From Bugula neritina (lineage: Eukaryota; Animalia; Bryozoa): a stretch of DNA of 64,000 nucleotides. Position 1 is the stretch's first letter, and each line of letters opens with the position of its first letter. Below are positions 1-14,900 of the stretch, in pieces. Below the pieces are notes generated by a model. It was not told where the DNA came from and searched no databases. It worked only from the letters and a program-made list of their open reading frames with translations. The stretch spans positions 33,293,504 to 33,357,503 of the forward strand of contig OZ037765.1 of assembly GCA_964035545.1 (NCBI GenBank). Reading direction: 5' to 3'. Both the position numbers and the translations under genes were made by a program.

Positions 1-2365
1 AAGTTAAATACCTACATAGTAAGTTATATACAGATAGAGTAAGTTAAATTCCTACAGAGTAAGTTACATACAGATAAAGTAAGTTATATACAGACAGAGT
101 AAGTTATATATAGACAGAGTAAGTTATATACAGATAGAGTAAGTTATATACAAATAGAGTAAGTTATATATATATAGACAGAGTAAGTTATATATAGACA
201 GAGTAAGTTATATACAGATAGAGTAAGTTATATACAGACAGAGTAAGTTATATACAGATAGAGTAAGTTATATACAGATAGAGTAAGTTATATACAGACA
301 GAGTAAGTTATATATAGACAGAGTAAGTTATATACAGATAGAGTAAGTTATATACAAATAGAGTAAGTTATATATATATAGACAGAGTAAGTTATATATA
401 GACAGAGTAAGTTACATACAGACAGAGTAAGTTATATACAGATAGAGTAAGTTACATACAGATAGAGTAAGTTATATACAGACAGAGTAAGTTATATACA
501 GACAGAGTAAGTTATATACAGACAGAGTAAGTTATATACAGACAGAGTAAGTTATATACAGACAGAGTAAGTTATATACAGATAGAGTAAGTTATATATA
601 GATAGAGTAAGTTACATACAGATAGAGTAAGTTATATACAGATAGAGTAAGTTATATACAGATAGAGTAAGTTACATATATAGATAGAGTAAGTTATATA
701 CAGATAGAGTAAGTTACATACAGATAGAGTAAGTTATATACAGATAGAGTAAGTTATATACAGATAGAGTAAGTTATATACAGATAGAGTAAGTTATATA
801 CAGATAGAGTAAGTTATATACAGACAGAGTAAGTTATATACAGATAGAGTAAGTTATATACAGACAGAGTAAGTTATATACAGATAGAGTAAGTTATATA
901 CAGATAGAGTAAGTTATATACAGATAGAGTAAGTTATATACAGATAGAGTAAGTTATATACAGATAGAGTAAGTTATATATAGATAGAGTAAGTTACATA
1001 CAGACAGAGTAAGTTATATACAGACAGAGTAAGTTATATACAGATAGAGTAAGTTACATACAGACAGAGTAAGTTATATACAGATAGTGTAAGTTATATA
1101 CAGACAGAGTAAGTTATATACAGACAGAGTAAGTTATATACAGATAGAGTAAGTTATATACAGATAGAGTAAGTTATATACAGATAGAGTAAGTTACATA
1201 TATAGATAGAGTAAGTTATATATTGATAGAGTAAGTTATATACAGACAGAGTAAGTTATATACAGACAGAGTAAGTTATATACAGACAGAGTAAGTTATA
1301 TACAGACAGAGTAAGTTATATACAGATAGAGTAAGTTATATACAGATAGAGTAAGTTACATATATAGATAAAGTTATATACAGATAGAGTAAGTTACATA
1401 CAGATAGAGTAAGTTATATACAGATAGAGTAAGTTATATACAGATAGAGTAAGTTACATATACAGATAGAGTAAGTTACATACAGATAGAGTAAGTTACA
1501 TACAGATAGAGTAAGTTATATATAGACAGAGTAAGTTACATACAGATAGAGTAAGTTATATACAGATAGAGTAAGTTATATACAGACAGAGTAAGTTATA
1601 TACAGACAGAGTAAGTTACATACAGATAGAGTAAGTTATATACAGATAGAGTAAGTTATATATAGACAGAGTAAGTTACATACAGATAGAGTAAGTTATA
1701 TATAGATAGAGTAAGTTATATACATACAGAGTAAGTTATATACAGATAGAGTAAGTTATATACAGATAGAGTAAGTTATATACAGATAGAGTAAGTTATA
1801 TACAGAGTAAGTTACATACAGATAGAGTAAGTTATATACAGATAGAGTAAGTTATATACAGATAGAGTAAGTTACATATACAGATAGAGTAAGTTACATA
1901 CAGATAGAGTAAGTTACATACAGACAGAGTAAGTTATATATAGACAGAGTAAGTTACATACAGATAGAGTAAGTTATATATAGACAGAGTAAGTTACATA
2001 CAGATAGAGTAAGTTATATACAGATAGAGTAAGTTATATACAGAGTAAGTTACATACAGATAGAGTAAGTTATATACAGATAGAGTAAGTTATATACAGA
2101 TAGAGTAAGTTACATATACAGATAGAGTAAGTTACATACAGATAGAGTAAGTTACATACAGACAGAGTAAGTTACATACAGACAGAGTAAGTTATATACA
2201 GATAGAGTAAGTTATATACTGATAGAGTAAGTTATATACAGACAGAGTAAGTTATATACAGAGTAAGTTACATACAGACAGAGTAAGTTATATACAGATA
2301 GAGTAAGTTATATACTGATAGAGTAAGTTATATACTGATAGAGTAAGTTATATACAGACAGAGTA
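1..2365. repeat. 20-bp minisatellite (consensus AGAGTAAGTTATATACAGA[T/C]), roughly 115-120 copies, inside a CCDC40 intron
   Basis: Directly visible tandem array with 20-nt period and occasional 16/22-nt variants; runs from the window start. Confidence 0.97.
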
Positions 2366-3369
2366 AAATTATTATTTAATTCAGTTAGCTTCATGTGGCC
2401 AAACAAGTCATCATATTAGGCACTGGTTTCATTGTGTTAGCTTTATGTTTAACACTAAGCAAATATTATAGCCTCTATTACTTATTGTATCACAGCTATT
2501 TCACTATTCTCTCTACCTTCTGCTACAAAGAGTTACACTCTAACTGTACCCTGTTGTTGTGTAAGCATGATGTGTGGCATTTCCATCTTATATCTAATAA
2601 TGTAACAGGGTCATATTACTTAAACCGTGAATAAAGTTTAAAATAACAATCCCATGCAAGTCATTACCAAAGCACGCACAAGAAACAGCGCTATGTGAGC
2701 ATACGATACACAGTAAACAAGTTTAAGGAAATGTAGTGCATTGTCCAATATGAAGGCATAAAAGTTTATTTAGTTGACCATGAAATAATAATAGCTGGGT
2801 TTTTACTACGGTAGCGTTTGGTCCATATAGAGGTGCATTACAAATGCGGGTACGGTGTGATCAGCCCCTGTGTAGTCAAATGAGATATTATTGTAAACTT
2901 ATTGATTTAATATTCCCATTGCATGTTGAACAATTTAGGTGCACACAAAAACTAGTAAACAAATTCATATCAACAGCAATGCAGTGCTGTCTATAAATTT
3001 ATAGAATCATATAGGAGATATTTACAAAACACAGAAATATTGTTTTCGTATCGAACAGCATTGAATAAATGGTGTGAAATTTTTGGTAGAATGCTTTCTC
3101 GCACAACTTTTTACTTTGTGCCCATCATCATGTCCCTACTTTTGTACAATGCTCATGAACTCCAACTATTCTGTAAGGCTACAACAATATTATTGCACAA
3201 GTGAAATAACTAATTCTAATATTGGTGTTTGACAGCCTATTGAAATCTTGTAGGACTAATTTTGTAAAAATTAGTTATAAGTTTTACTGCTTCAAACTAC
3301 CAAGTGTATGGTTTAGGGTCAAACTGTATAGAAGACAGATTGACCTTGACATAGTGTGTGACTGTGTAG

Positions 3370-5439
3370 GAGACAGACTGGGTGGTGGGAGAGGAAGATA
3401 CAGCTGGGTATGGAGATGAAGGAGTCTGTAGACCCGAAGAACAACCGAAATGCCGACCTGTTTGGTATGAAGGCGGAGATACACCGAATGATGGTGAGAC
3501 ACAAGTCTCTGATGAGAGAACAGCAGCGTCTTATCCGCAGCATGGAGGAGTGTGTGACCAGGTAGTAGCAACATCACCGTGGCAACATCACCGTGGCAAC
3601 AGTAGCTTTCACTGTGCTGCCTTTAACCTTGATTGAGTTGTCGTATGGGCTGAGTTGTTAGTTTCTATAGAGAAATGAGGCTGTTATAACATGCAGAAGT
3701 TTTATTACTAGTGTAGAAGTTTTGTTACTAGTGCAGAAGTTTTGTTTTTAATGCAGAATTTTTGTTACTAATGCAGGCGTTTTGTTACTAATGCAGAAGT
3801 TTTGTTACTAATGCAGAAGTTTTGTTACTTATGCAGAAGTTTTATTACTTATGCAGAAGTTTTGTTACTAATGCAGAAGTTTTGTTACTAATGCAGAAGT
3901 TTTGTTACTAATGCAGAAGTTTTGCTACTTATGCAGACGTGATTATACGGTGGCTGGGTACAGTGCTATGGTGAGTAGTGATCCAAACGCTCTCACAAGG
4001 TCAAAGTTCAAACGGGCTATTCGCAATGCTAAAGAGAAAATACAACAGTTTAAAAAGGTAAATGCTTGATAAAGGCTAATAATGGTTACACAAACTTCGT
4101 TTGTTCATGCCAAGTTATCTTTTAATAGGCTTATATAAGACTACTTGTAATATTCTAAATATATTTCCCATTTATTCGTTGATGTATTTGCAGGGTATTC
4201 ATGTACTTAGCTGTTGTTAGATTTGTGCCAGTAAACTGGGATGTAATGCATAATCACTCAATAGATCACGTGAAGTCATTGGCTGAATAAGCCATATGTA
4301 ACTACTAAGTCTAACATTCATCTATTTTTACTGTTCTTCCCTTTTTCATTGAAACTACAAGAATGTGACTAAATTCAATGTGACAACAATGAAAAAGAGT
4401 AGACAATTCCACCGTAATAATAATCTGGTTTAGTAGAAATATTTTCACTTATATAATTTTTATTTCCTGTATTTACATATCTTGCAGAATATTATATCAT
4501 GTAATACAGTGCGCTGTGGGTATTATATTATAGTATACAAGCTAATGTATGTATATCCCAATGCTAGTCTAGATTATGCACTGATTTATTCTAACAGGAA
4601 ATGGTGGAAATGGAAGAAGAGAAACAGAACCTGCAGGCGAAAGTCAAGTCCCTCGGGGTGACTTTAAATGAGAGAAAGTCTCAGCTGAGCAGACTGAGCG
4701 GAGAGATCGATGCCCTTGACACGGCTGTGGCAGATGTCGCTAACGAGAAGTACAAGGTCAGTGTCAGGTCAACTAACGACAGCGAGTTGGTAATCTGAAG
4801 TCTGTATACTATACAGTGTTGTGTCTCTTCCTACATTAATATTTAATTTGCTGTAAAGTTTAACCACAATTCCGTTGCGGACTTCATTGTTTACTAACTA
4901 TTATTAGTTTGTAGTCTATGATATTTCAAAACTGTTTGCAGCCTGTAATTTCGTGTCCTCATGCTGAGTTTGGACTATATTCAATGGTGTAATGGGGAGT
5001 TGTTTCACCGTGACCTACTTTAAGTGTTGACTGTCTTTATCTTTCAGCGTGTTATAAGAAGTGTGGGTGGAACTATTTCTAACTTAAACTGATTATCGGG
5101 TAATTTATGGCTTAAAACTGCCGGCTGACGCAAAGTAGTATTCAGCTGCCCCTATTCTGACTCCGACTGATTTCTATTTCATTTCAGAACCTCAGTGAGC
5201 TGGTGAGGAGACAGAAGAAATCTGCCCACTACTCTTCTATCAAGTCTGGGAAATATCGTAAAGTATGCAGTCAATCATCTCTCCTCGACAACGAGCTGGC
5301 TAAAGAACAAACTCTGATGAACTGTTTGATTGATATCGTCTCAAAGCTGAAGCAAGAATTTCCTGAGGCGAGATCCATGCTGGATCATGTAGTATGTGGC
5401 TATGGTCATACCTGTACCGCACTGGAAGTTAGCGGTTAG
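3370..5439 (+). CDS. CCDC40: Coiled-coil domain-containing protein 40 (axonemal ruler), last four exons; 5' part lies upstream of the window
   Basis: Exons 3370-3561, 3937-4057, 4598-4755, 5188-5439 are GT-AG and phase-compatible. Translation RQTGWWERKIQLGMEMKESVD..MKAEIHRMMVRHKSLMREQQRLIRSMEECV..ALTRSKF..NLSELVRRQ..SIKSGKY..KQEFP matches my recollection of the CCDC40 C-terminus (WEKKIQLAKEMRSSVD..MKGEIHRMKVR..NLSEIV..KEGRY..DEYP). Confidence 0.88.
3691..3936 (+). repeat. 20-bp tandem repeat (TTTTGTTACTAATGCAGAAG), ~12 copies, ending at the CCDC40 splice acceptor
   Basis: Visible array; the last copy (tttgctacttatgcag|ACG) supplies the in-frame acceptor. Confidence 0.92.
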
Positions 5440-5928
5440 CTAATTATTTTGACCCTAATTCCCAGTCCAACATTGCTATTGATACGGATGAGTCATTCGC
5501 TAAAACTTGGACTGGCAGTGTGTCATTAACAGGGTTTGAATAGCCACTTGTTCTATATCTTCTAATAATAACAATACACAATAACACCTGAGCCAAGTCT
5601 ATTCAATATTTCTATAGCTTATCAGCCCTGAATAGATTTAGTATATTAACGTGTATTAAGTAAACTAGTGATTAAGATGTGGACGCCAACTTTCTATTGG
5701 CTGACGTAAACGGTGGTTGCATTCAGTCAACATCGCTGAGCGATTAGTCATTTAGCTTGAAACACACGCTGGTGTGAGACGCTCAACTGGGTTCAGAGAG
5801 AGTTTCACTTTGGTTTGTGCTTCATGTACCTTGGCGCTTCATTCAATAACGTGAATATCAATATATATGCGCTCGTAACCGACAATAGTTAATATTTTGT
5901 ACAGTTGTACAGACTGTAAGAAGGAAAA

Positions 5929-8900
5929 ATGAGCTCCTTTGGTGCTCAGAGTCATTCACCTCGTTCAGCGGTGAGTTACCTACCATCTGTATCGACTGCC
6001 ATGTTTGCTTTGTCTGTTACAGCTCTTGTAGTGTTTTGTATTTTATGAGATTGTGTTTACAAGATCTATTTTGCTATTAGCATTGTGAAATAAATGTTTC
6101 CAGGTTTTTATTCTAAAAACAGTTTCAGACTATCAGATGAGTTTATGGCTAAACACCAACTTGGTGCCGTGTGTTTAAATTGTTGTGTTGCTTTTCAGTC
6201 CAGTCTTTGAAGGATTATTCAGAATACCTGAATATCTCTTGTGAAAAACACTGATTTCTAAGTTCGCCTGCAAAACCTCTACAGTTAGTGACTTGGTGCT
6301 AATTAATTCTTGTTCTGTCCTTATTTTTATTCGGCAGGTAATGCATTATATGATTAGCTGAAGTCAACTTTGGTTCAAATCATTTGAAAAAAAGATTTAA
6401 TTGAAAAACAATTTCTCCACCCTGTGTAAATTTGCTAATTTTCACATCAATATCAGTTTTAATGCCTGAGAGATATATAGATTTTTGCGCTGTGTATTTA
6501 TAAAACCACCCACAGAAAATTATTTTGAAATTTTGGCCCAACTTATGCATGACTCAAATTATTTCAACTAATTTAAAGTTATTGAGACGTTTTGTGGTCC
6601 CAGTTCTATGTGGTCCCATTTGTCAACCTGCAATCACGCTTCACCTGCCTAGTAATCAATGTCATTTCAACTACCTATCTGTGCCCACCTTAATGATAGT
6701 GTAGTGATTCACACTGGGCCGAATGAATAACTGATATCTGCCTTGTCTAGTCATGTCCTAATCCGCCGGAATCAACATGATATCAAGTTTGTTGAATTCA
6801 TCTCAATAAATATACTTTGGTGTCTTTTATTGCCATTACCTCATATTGTTTTGAATAAGTTGTATACAAAACAACTGATTGCACTGGCTATGGGAGTAAC
6901 CATTGTTCATGCTTCACTTATGAAGTTAATATTTGAAATAGACAATTCAAAGTTCTATGAACTAGCAGGAATTATTGTGAATGCTCTTTCAGACTAGTTG
7001 TGCACCTGGCAATACTTGTATTATAGTTGCTTATTTTTGGCAAAGACTTTTACTAGTTGAGTTCCTAACTGCTCTTGTGCTGTTTTATTGCGATACTTTT
7101 TACAGAGTCCCTACAACAGGTCACACAACAACAATGATCAGCCTCGGACTGAGCGAATAGAAATGAACAATAGGATTCAAAACGGGTCAAAAAATGGGAG
7201 CTATGACTCTCGTCAAAACTTTTATCAAGAAAAGTACTACTCAGGGGGCAAGGGAGTAACTAACCACGGGTATCACGGCTCATCTATGGAAGATGTCAGC
7301 AGCGTACCTCGAAGATCACATGCTAACAATGGAGTTACAAACAGAGCCTACATTCCGTCCACGAGCAGTGACGATGGACTTAGGTCGCCATCAGAGTACG
7401 CCAACATGGGCAACATTCCTTTACCTTCAATAACGGGAGGGCTTGGCTACCATGACACTAACCGATATCAAACTAATGATATCTCAGATTCTAAAATTAA
7501 AAAGAAAGGCGTTTGTCAATCAAGGAAATGCATTTGCATCACAGCTGTAATAGTTGCTCTGATATTGCTCATTGGTGCTGGAGTCGTGATTTATCTATAC
7601 CTTGGTATGCAGAATTTATAATATTCTTTTGAACTGTATATTTTAAATATACTCACACACATACATACATATATGTCATTATAAAAAAAAATTGTACGTA
7701 TATGGAAACTTTGAGAAAACATTGCCAGCAAAATAAAATGACAACATTTAATAAATTATCGTAGGTATAGTTTAAATAAATTCGTTTATTGAGCTTGCAC
7801 TATGCACTTAATTAGAAATGCTTTGAAAAGACAACAAAGAGGTAATTTGTTTGTATATCTAATTTCAAATTTTCGGTACCTAAGGATTAAGTCTTATGAC
7901 AGTAAAATTTCTGTTTTCTTTTAATTGCTCTGCTTGTGTATTGTAGGTACAGACCTGTTGACCAATAGAGGTGTTACACAGCCTACTACAGTAGAGCCAG
8001 GTGAGTGTTGGATACGGAGAGAGTGGTTGACGGAGCTGCATATATTCCTCATTGTTTGTGTAAAGCTTCTTGCTTGGGTTCAAAGTTTACTGCAATGGAA
8101 GACTTCTTAGTCTGAGCACGTCAAATCTGATGGTTTATAATCAGATTGAGTTTGATTCCTCTCATATCTTATTAGATGTGGAAACTTTCTTAAGCTTTTC
8201 TCTTAGTTTCATCAGTTAGTTAGATATCACAGGTTTTTCTGGCCTGTGACTGTTTGAGCTGAATCTATGAATATCATTACAATTGAAATATAATTACTTT
8301 CCAGTAGATCAAAATTCATTTCAACATAAATTTATTACTGTCAGGTCTTGCGTTCTTAGAGAACTTATAGCTGACTGCAATATGTTTAGTTGTCATGGTA
8401 ACAAATGGTTTCATATAGAAAATTGTTGCGGAAGTTTTACCAGCAGGTTGCTGCATGTGTTTGCACCCATAGATCTAATATTAGTTTACAATTTTGCGGT
8501 GAAACAATATGGCACTGAATAGTTTGATTCCATCATCTTTTACTCTACCCTTGTAATTAATATACGTATGCATAATTATGCTATTACCTTAACTAGTTTC
8601 AGTAATATATTCATAAGCTAAATACCCTGTAGAATGACCTGCTATACTAGGTCTACTAATACATGGCTAAGGATTCCACTCAAACCCTGTGTATTTGATT
8701 TCATTAATTGCAGCTAGTTCAACATTAAGTGTCATTATCCCACCAGCTACAACGGTTACTAGTAATGTGACTGTAACTACTGGCCCCGAGTCCTCAACTG
8801 AAAGTCTAACTACTAGCACTAAAGGTCTAACTACTAGTAATGCTACTAGTACTACTACTAGCACAACTACTGCAGGTATAAGAGTTAGTTACCCCAACAG

Positions 8901-11900
8901 CTATCCGCTTACTTTCTCTAGTTTGAGCTTACCAAAGTCACCCTGCACTAGCTTCTATAATTTACACTGCAAGCTTCATCTCTCACTGCTTCACATATTT
9001 AGTGGTATTGTGTGTTGTCTTCTAACATGTTTATTGTAGTTGAACTTTTTTCTGCTAGCCTGACTGGCGGCTAATTGTGATTTTATGTAACTCTTGAGTC
9101 GGAATTTTCAAAAAGAATTGTTTGCAGAGTTAGATCATTTGTTATGGAATTCATTGTTATTCGGTATCAATCGGTCAAGGAGCTTTCTACATATTGATAA
9201 CAGTGCCGCCCTATGAATCACTCTTTCAGTGAGAGGAAGTGTAAATACCTCATAACCGAGTTCATTATTTGTTGACAATCAATATTTTACCTTGTTTACT
9301 CTTTCTTAGCCATTACTAGTATCTATAGCTTTTCACCTATATAGCTTTGTACCTATATAGCTTTCTATCTTTAGCTTTGTATCTGTAGCTATGCCAGATG
9401 CAGACATCTTCTCTGGTGAACTGAGGCTAAACGAAACCTGGTCATCGAATTTGTCTGACCCCGCATCTCAGGCCTTCCAAACCAAGTCACAAGAATTCTC
9501 AAACTTTGTAAGTTGCGTTTGTGGCTGAATATTTTTTTGGTTTTTATAATAGTTAAGTTTGATGAAAAACTTAGTTTAGTTGTTCAAATGATATTATAGA
9601 GATTTTAATATTAAGATTTTGTCTAAAGACGTTTTATATAATCTTTTTGTATGGTAAGGCTTTGAGAAGTTATTTTGGTTTTAGTGCAGAAAATAGCATT
9701 ATATCTTGTGACTAGATTTTATATCAACTACCTGTCACGTGTGGGATAACATTCTTCTTCCATTGCATTGTTACATAATAAACTTAATAGATAATGCAGT
9801 TACTAACTGCTTTATCATCAATGCGATAAAGGAACTGGTGGAATTTTCTTATTCATAGCAGAAGTATTTTAAATTTAAGAAATCACATTGATTAATATTA
9901 TCAACCAGTACTTAGTGAGTTGACTAAACCTTGTCCAAACATTCAGTTTCCACACTGATTGAGAGCTCCAATATTCTACTAGTTATTTATTTACTAAAAC
10001 TATTTTGTTGTGTCATGTTGTTCTGACCCTCATACCAGAGTGTTAAGAGGCTGTTACAGCACCTATTAGCTGGTTATGCCTGATTTGTCATTTGGCAAAG
10101 TCTGTCAGTCTTTTGAAGCTCATTTTTCGCAAATACAAATACCGGGCAGGTATTTAGTGCATAGTATTTGTACAGGTGCCTTTGAATACTTGCATTTCTA
10201 TCTTTTATAGGTTAGGAAACTTGCATAATATTAAAGCATGGTACTTTTCAACTGTAAATGTCATTTCTTTTACAGATGGACAGCAAAATGTCTTCCAGTC
10301 TAATACTAGGACCTTCATATAACAATACTCAAGTAATAAGTCTGAGGTGGGTGTATCTGATACGTCTCAAACTGAATATCAAGTAACTTAGACTATGATT
10401 GCCCTGCACTTGGTCACAGTTCCAGTCATTATACACCAGGTTTATGATTATTAATTTAATTCTGTACTAGACTGAAGTCAATGAGCTGCTATTAAGTCTA
10501 TCCGATATCTTCTGCTTCAATGGCTCACAACAATAGAATACAATACTCCTGCTTGACTTCTTAAATGTTACATCACATCAGCTTTTTCTCTCTCTCTTTA
10601 TGGCTGATAAAGCACACAGTGACTTGTGTTTACTCAGCCTACTGTCAAACTGCTCTTAGTGCCTGCTAGTTATTTAAGCTTAGGTTTCTGATTGTAAGTT
10701 TGAGACATTCAATGGACTACCCTTCCTTTATTACGATTGTTGTCTAAGAACTCGGGCTTCACCAAAGCATAGCTTTCTGGAATGTCTATAGAAACACTTC
10801 ATTCAGTGACCCCAGTCTTTGTGCTGCATCTAGTGATTCCCACAGCCTTCTGCATCTTGGGCTGCTGAGCTACTATTGGCTGTCAATTTCTCAATTCAAA
10901 GACTATAAAGTATTTAATTTGTATGTTTCAAGGGAAGGAAGTATCAAAGTTATATTTATCATAACGTTCAACCAGCCGGTGGTGACAGAGCAAGTTGCAA
11001 GTGAAATAAACCGATTAGCTGACCAGGATTCTACTCTCAAGATAATAGCTGGCAGCGTCAGCGTCACAGGTATGTCTGCTGCCGATGAGGTCATTGATTT
11101 GTGGCTCTGTGTAATTCCTTTAACTTATTGCATTTATTAAAACTTTGTTTACAAATATACTTTTAATGTTCTACTAACATGCTATGAATAGGTTACAAAC
11201 ATGCTATGAAAGCGCTATTCTACTATTTCAGAATATGTAGAGGAAACTGCCTGTGGCCTGGATAGCCTTATTCTCTGTAACTGGGTGTGCAGAGAGAGAA
11301 GTGAAGTAGCCTGTGATACTGTAAACGATTGCGGGGATTGGTACGACGAGTCCAATTGCCCCGGCCAGTCCGTATCGTGTGACTTTGAGACGTCAGAAAC
11401 TTGTGGCTATGAGATTCAGCAGACGGACTACCAGTGGGTGTACAACAGCGGCAACACGAGCATCCCCGGGACTGGGCCGCAACACGACCACACCTACCAA
11501 AACGAATCAGGTACAGGTCAAACAATTTTTGTGATAATTTATAAAAAAATCGCATAATTATGTTCTTAATTTATTGTTTTAAGAAGGCTTATATTTCCTC
11601 TAACCACCAAGAGTTGACTTTGTCGAAAGTTTGCTCTTCCCACATCATATTAGTTAGCTTTTATACCTGCCTTCACATGGATTGGATTTTACCAGTGCGA
11701 TGTCTTTATTTTCCAACTCAAGTTGGAAACTTAATGATTAAGTTACGAAGAGTTTCTAAAAAACCGTTGAGTCACTGAGATGTTTTGATGACTCATACTG
11801 AACCGTGAGATTATCAATCATTATATAATTATCATATTCACATTCCTTCCCCGCACCTTTATAAACTGAAATACAGCTGCATGTCATATATTAATGAAAT

Positions 11901-14900
11901 CATTGACTTTGACAAATGTACTTCGGAGTTGAAGAAATGGTAATTTCTGCCAAATACCATAACTTTCATGCTTCGAGTAGATATAACTATGGTGCTATGT
12001 TGTATTCAACTTACTCTTGTGTAACTATTTAGTCGTGTGGCATGACAATATGACTTCTAAAGCTGTGATTTATTACTCCATCCCCAACACTAGTAGCAGT
12101 GCAGTGGCCTATTTCACACAATATTTATGTTTCTATTCTATCTAGGCTCTATTTGCTCACTCTATCCATATTTAAACTCTCTTATATCAAACTCATTCAC
12201 AAGTCTCTGTTTGTATTCATATCGATAGTTTGATAACTGGCAGTGATGTCATGGGGTGTTGAGTCACACGTATTCTAGAATGTTCTTCCTCTTACAGGTC
12301 ACTACTATTACACAGAGTGGTGTAACAAGTGTCAACACGGAGATGTGGCCACCATTTATTCCCCTTGGTATGTCACTAGGCAGCCATCTTGCTTCTCTTT
12401 CTACTATCACATGATGGGTCATCCCACTGACATGGGGGCCTTGTATCTCTCAGCTTATGACCAGAATCTCACTGAACAGGTTAGTCACATGACTTCCCTA
12501 TTAGCATAATCTTGCTTAGATAACACTTCTGTGTTTTAGCTGAGGTCATTTGAAGTTCACGTATTTTCCTCCTACTAATTAGGTGTGGATGCCTTCACTT
12601 AGTTTATCATTGTCTGCCAAAGTTAGTCTTTTGTTGAATATTGAGAGTTTTCTCTGTAAAATTACCATATAGTTGCTGTGGACGAGGGAGAAACCGGATG
12701 CTGAGGACAACCAGGGCAGCTGGCAGCGTGTTGAAGTTGACATTCCTCCAGGAAGTTACAGGTTCACGTTTGGCAGTCTGTTCCACGGTGGGAGTGATCT
12801 GGGAGACAAGGCTATTGATGACATACTGATAGAGGACGGGGCGTGTGACATCCGTCCCGGTAAGCAGAGTTTTCCTGGTCTCTCCTCTTTTCTCTAAAAT
12901 ATCACTATGGTTACCCTGCATGATGCTTTGAGTCTAGGAATATGTAATAGAGGCACACAATACTATCAGTTGAATCTGTCTGTCTGTGTGTCTCCCTGTC
13001 ACATCTGTTGGCGCTGATTCTGAACTATGAAAACACTTGAGTGATATACTGATAACATTTTCAGCTCTTCACATAACCAGAGTTGTATAATGAGAAGCTT
13101 GCACGGTATTATAAAACAATACAACATGTACATGTGATCATATTGCAGCGTGTAACGCCTCCCTCTTCTGCTCCATCACCAACGAATGTCTCTCCTCGGC
13201 TGACAGACCTCTTTGTAACGGGAAGTTTGAATGTCCGGACGGATCAGATGAAGATGGCTGTTCGGGTTGGTTGTCCATCTTGTCTCTAAACCTCTTAGTT
13301 TATATCATGACTTTCCAGTAAATTAAAAATCAATTCACATGATGAAATGTTACAGCTGTATGTAATTGCAAATTGTTATCTAATGTTTTGTGAATTCATT
13401 TTTGATTGCAGGTTCAGTTTACTCGACTACTTTTGAATTAGGGATGGACTTATCCACTTACTCCTTGAAGAACATGTTTGATAATCCGCAATATCAGTGG
13501 GGGGTGTCCAAGGGCCCCACCTCGGTTATAGGAACTTACCATGACAACACGTACAAGAATCCTCTTGGTGAGTGTTAGCTTGTTACAGCCATTCTCATTG
13601 GTTGATTCATCGGTTCATTTCCTGAGTTGCAAAAGGAATTCTCCTACCCAATAACTACCCTCTTAGGATTACTACGATTTTAGTACGATTGCACTGAACA
13701 CCTTGGACTCAATCACTGAGAATTCTACTGAAAGTCACCCAGTGCAATCAGGAGTATATCAGTTACAGTCATACGAGATGCAACTGCTTGCAACCAGTCA
13801 TGTGATATATTGATACGGTGTATGTATGTAAGGGATTGAGATTTTTGTATTACTAGTAAATTAAACGGATATAGGATATGTTATCTAATCTCCTCGCTTA
13901 TTGTGAGATATGTAGAGGAATGTGCTTCCCCTTGAGTTCAACACATCTCTGTGCTGTGATATGGTAACAGTTGAAGTCAACTGGCTAACGGGAAATGTGT
14001 AGTGTTAGTCATTTGTTCTATTAATAGAATACTTTTATTTGCTAGCTAAGGATAACAGATCGTAAAATGTCAACATAAGAAAAAAGGTTTTGTTAACATC
14101 CCAGTCGCCATGTTGTAAGCTGCATGACTATATAAATTCTGTAGTGTGTCTTGTTCAAACATTAGTCAGTGTTGTGATAATATTAAGTATGATACACCCA
14201 TCAGTGACGTTAAACTATATTCTGTATTCATTTGCTAGTTGCAAGCTTTGTTATAGAATAGGAGTCCAATGTAACTTGGAAGGCAGCTTTTTCCTTTCTC
14301 TGTAATCAATATTATTGACCTTGACATTCCCTTGTAGGTCACTACGTCGCCATTCTTCCTGGTACGTTGTCAGAAGTTCCCGCGGGGTCTGAAAGTCCGC
14401 TAGTCATCGAGCAAGACCTGAGTAGCAACCAAGGTCGCTGTCTGCGTTTCACTTACAACATGAACTACGAGGGGTCAACCTCCGGCACTGGCAGCACCCT
14501 CAAGGTGAGCTCCAGCGCTTCATCTTAGCTGACCCACTTTTTTTCAAATCTGTTTTGATTTGATAACATGTAATGTTGCGTTTACCACCAGTTGTGAAGA
14601 GCGAGTCAATATCAATATATTTTATGTATTTCCCAGGTGTTGGCTAGAAATGTTGTGACAGGGAACTCGAAGGAACTGTGGAATAACACCGAACTGACAG
14701 GGCGTGACTGGATGCACGCCTCCTACAGCATCATGGCTGAACCCCAATCTTACCGAATAGAGTTTGTGGCGGCCCGACTCAATGGCGATGGAGTTGTCAT
14801 TTCTCTGGATGACATCACCATTATGAATGGTATGTTGCTTATATAGGTCACTGTAAGTACACTGATAAATTAAGTAGACTGTACGTGTGATATGCTATGT

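Noticed and set aside
1-2365. Repeat arrays as CRISPR or telomeric repeats
   Set aside because: No unique spacers, eukaryotic spliced-gene context, and the unit is not a telomere motif.
3382-3636. 84-aa ORF MVGEEDTAG...
   Set aside because: Wrong frame; the frame giving WWERKIQL matches CCDC40.
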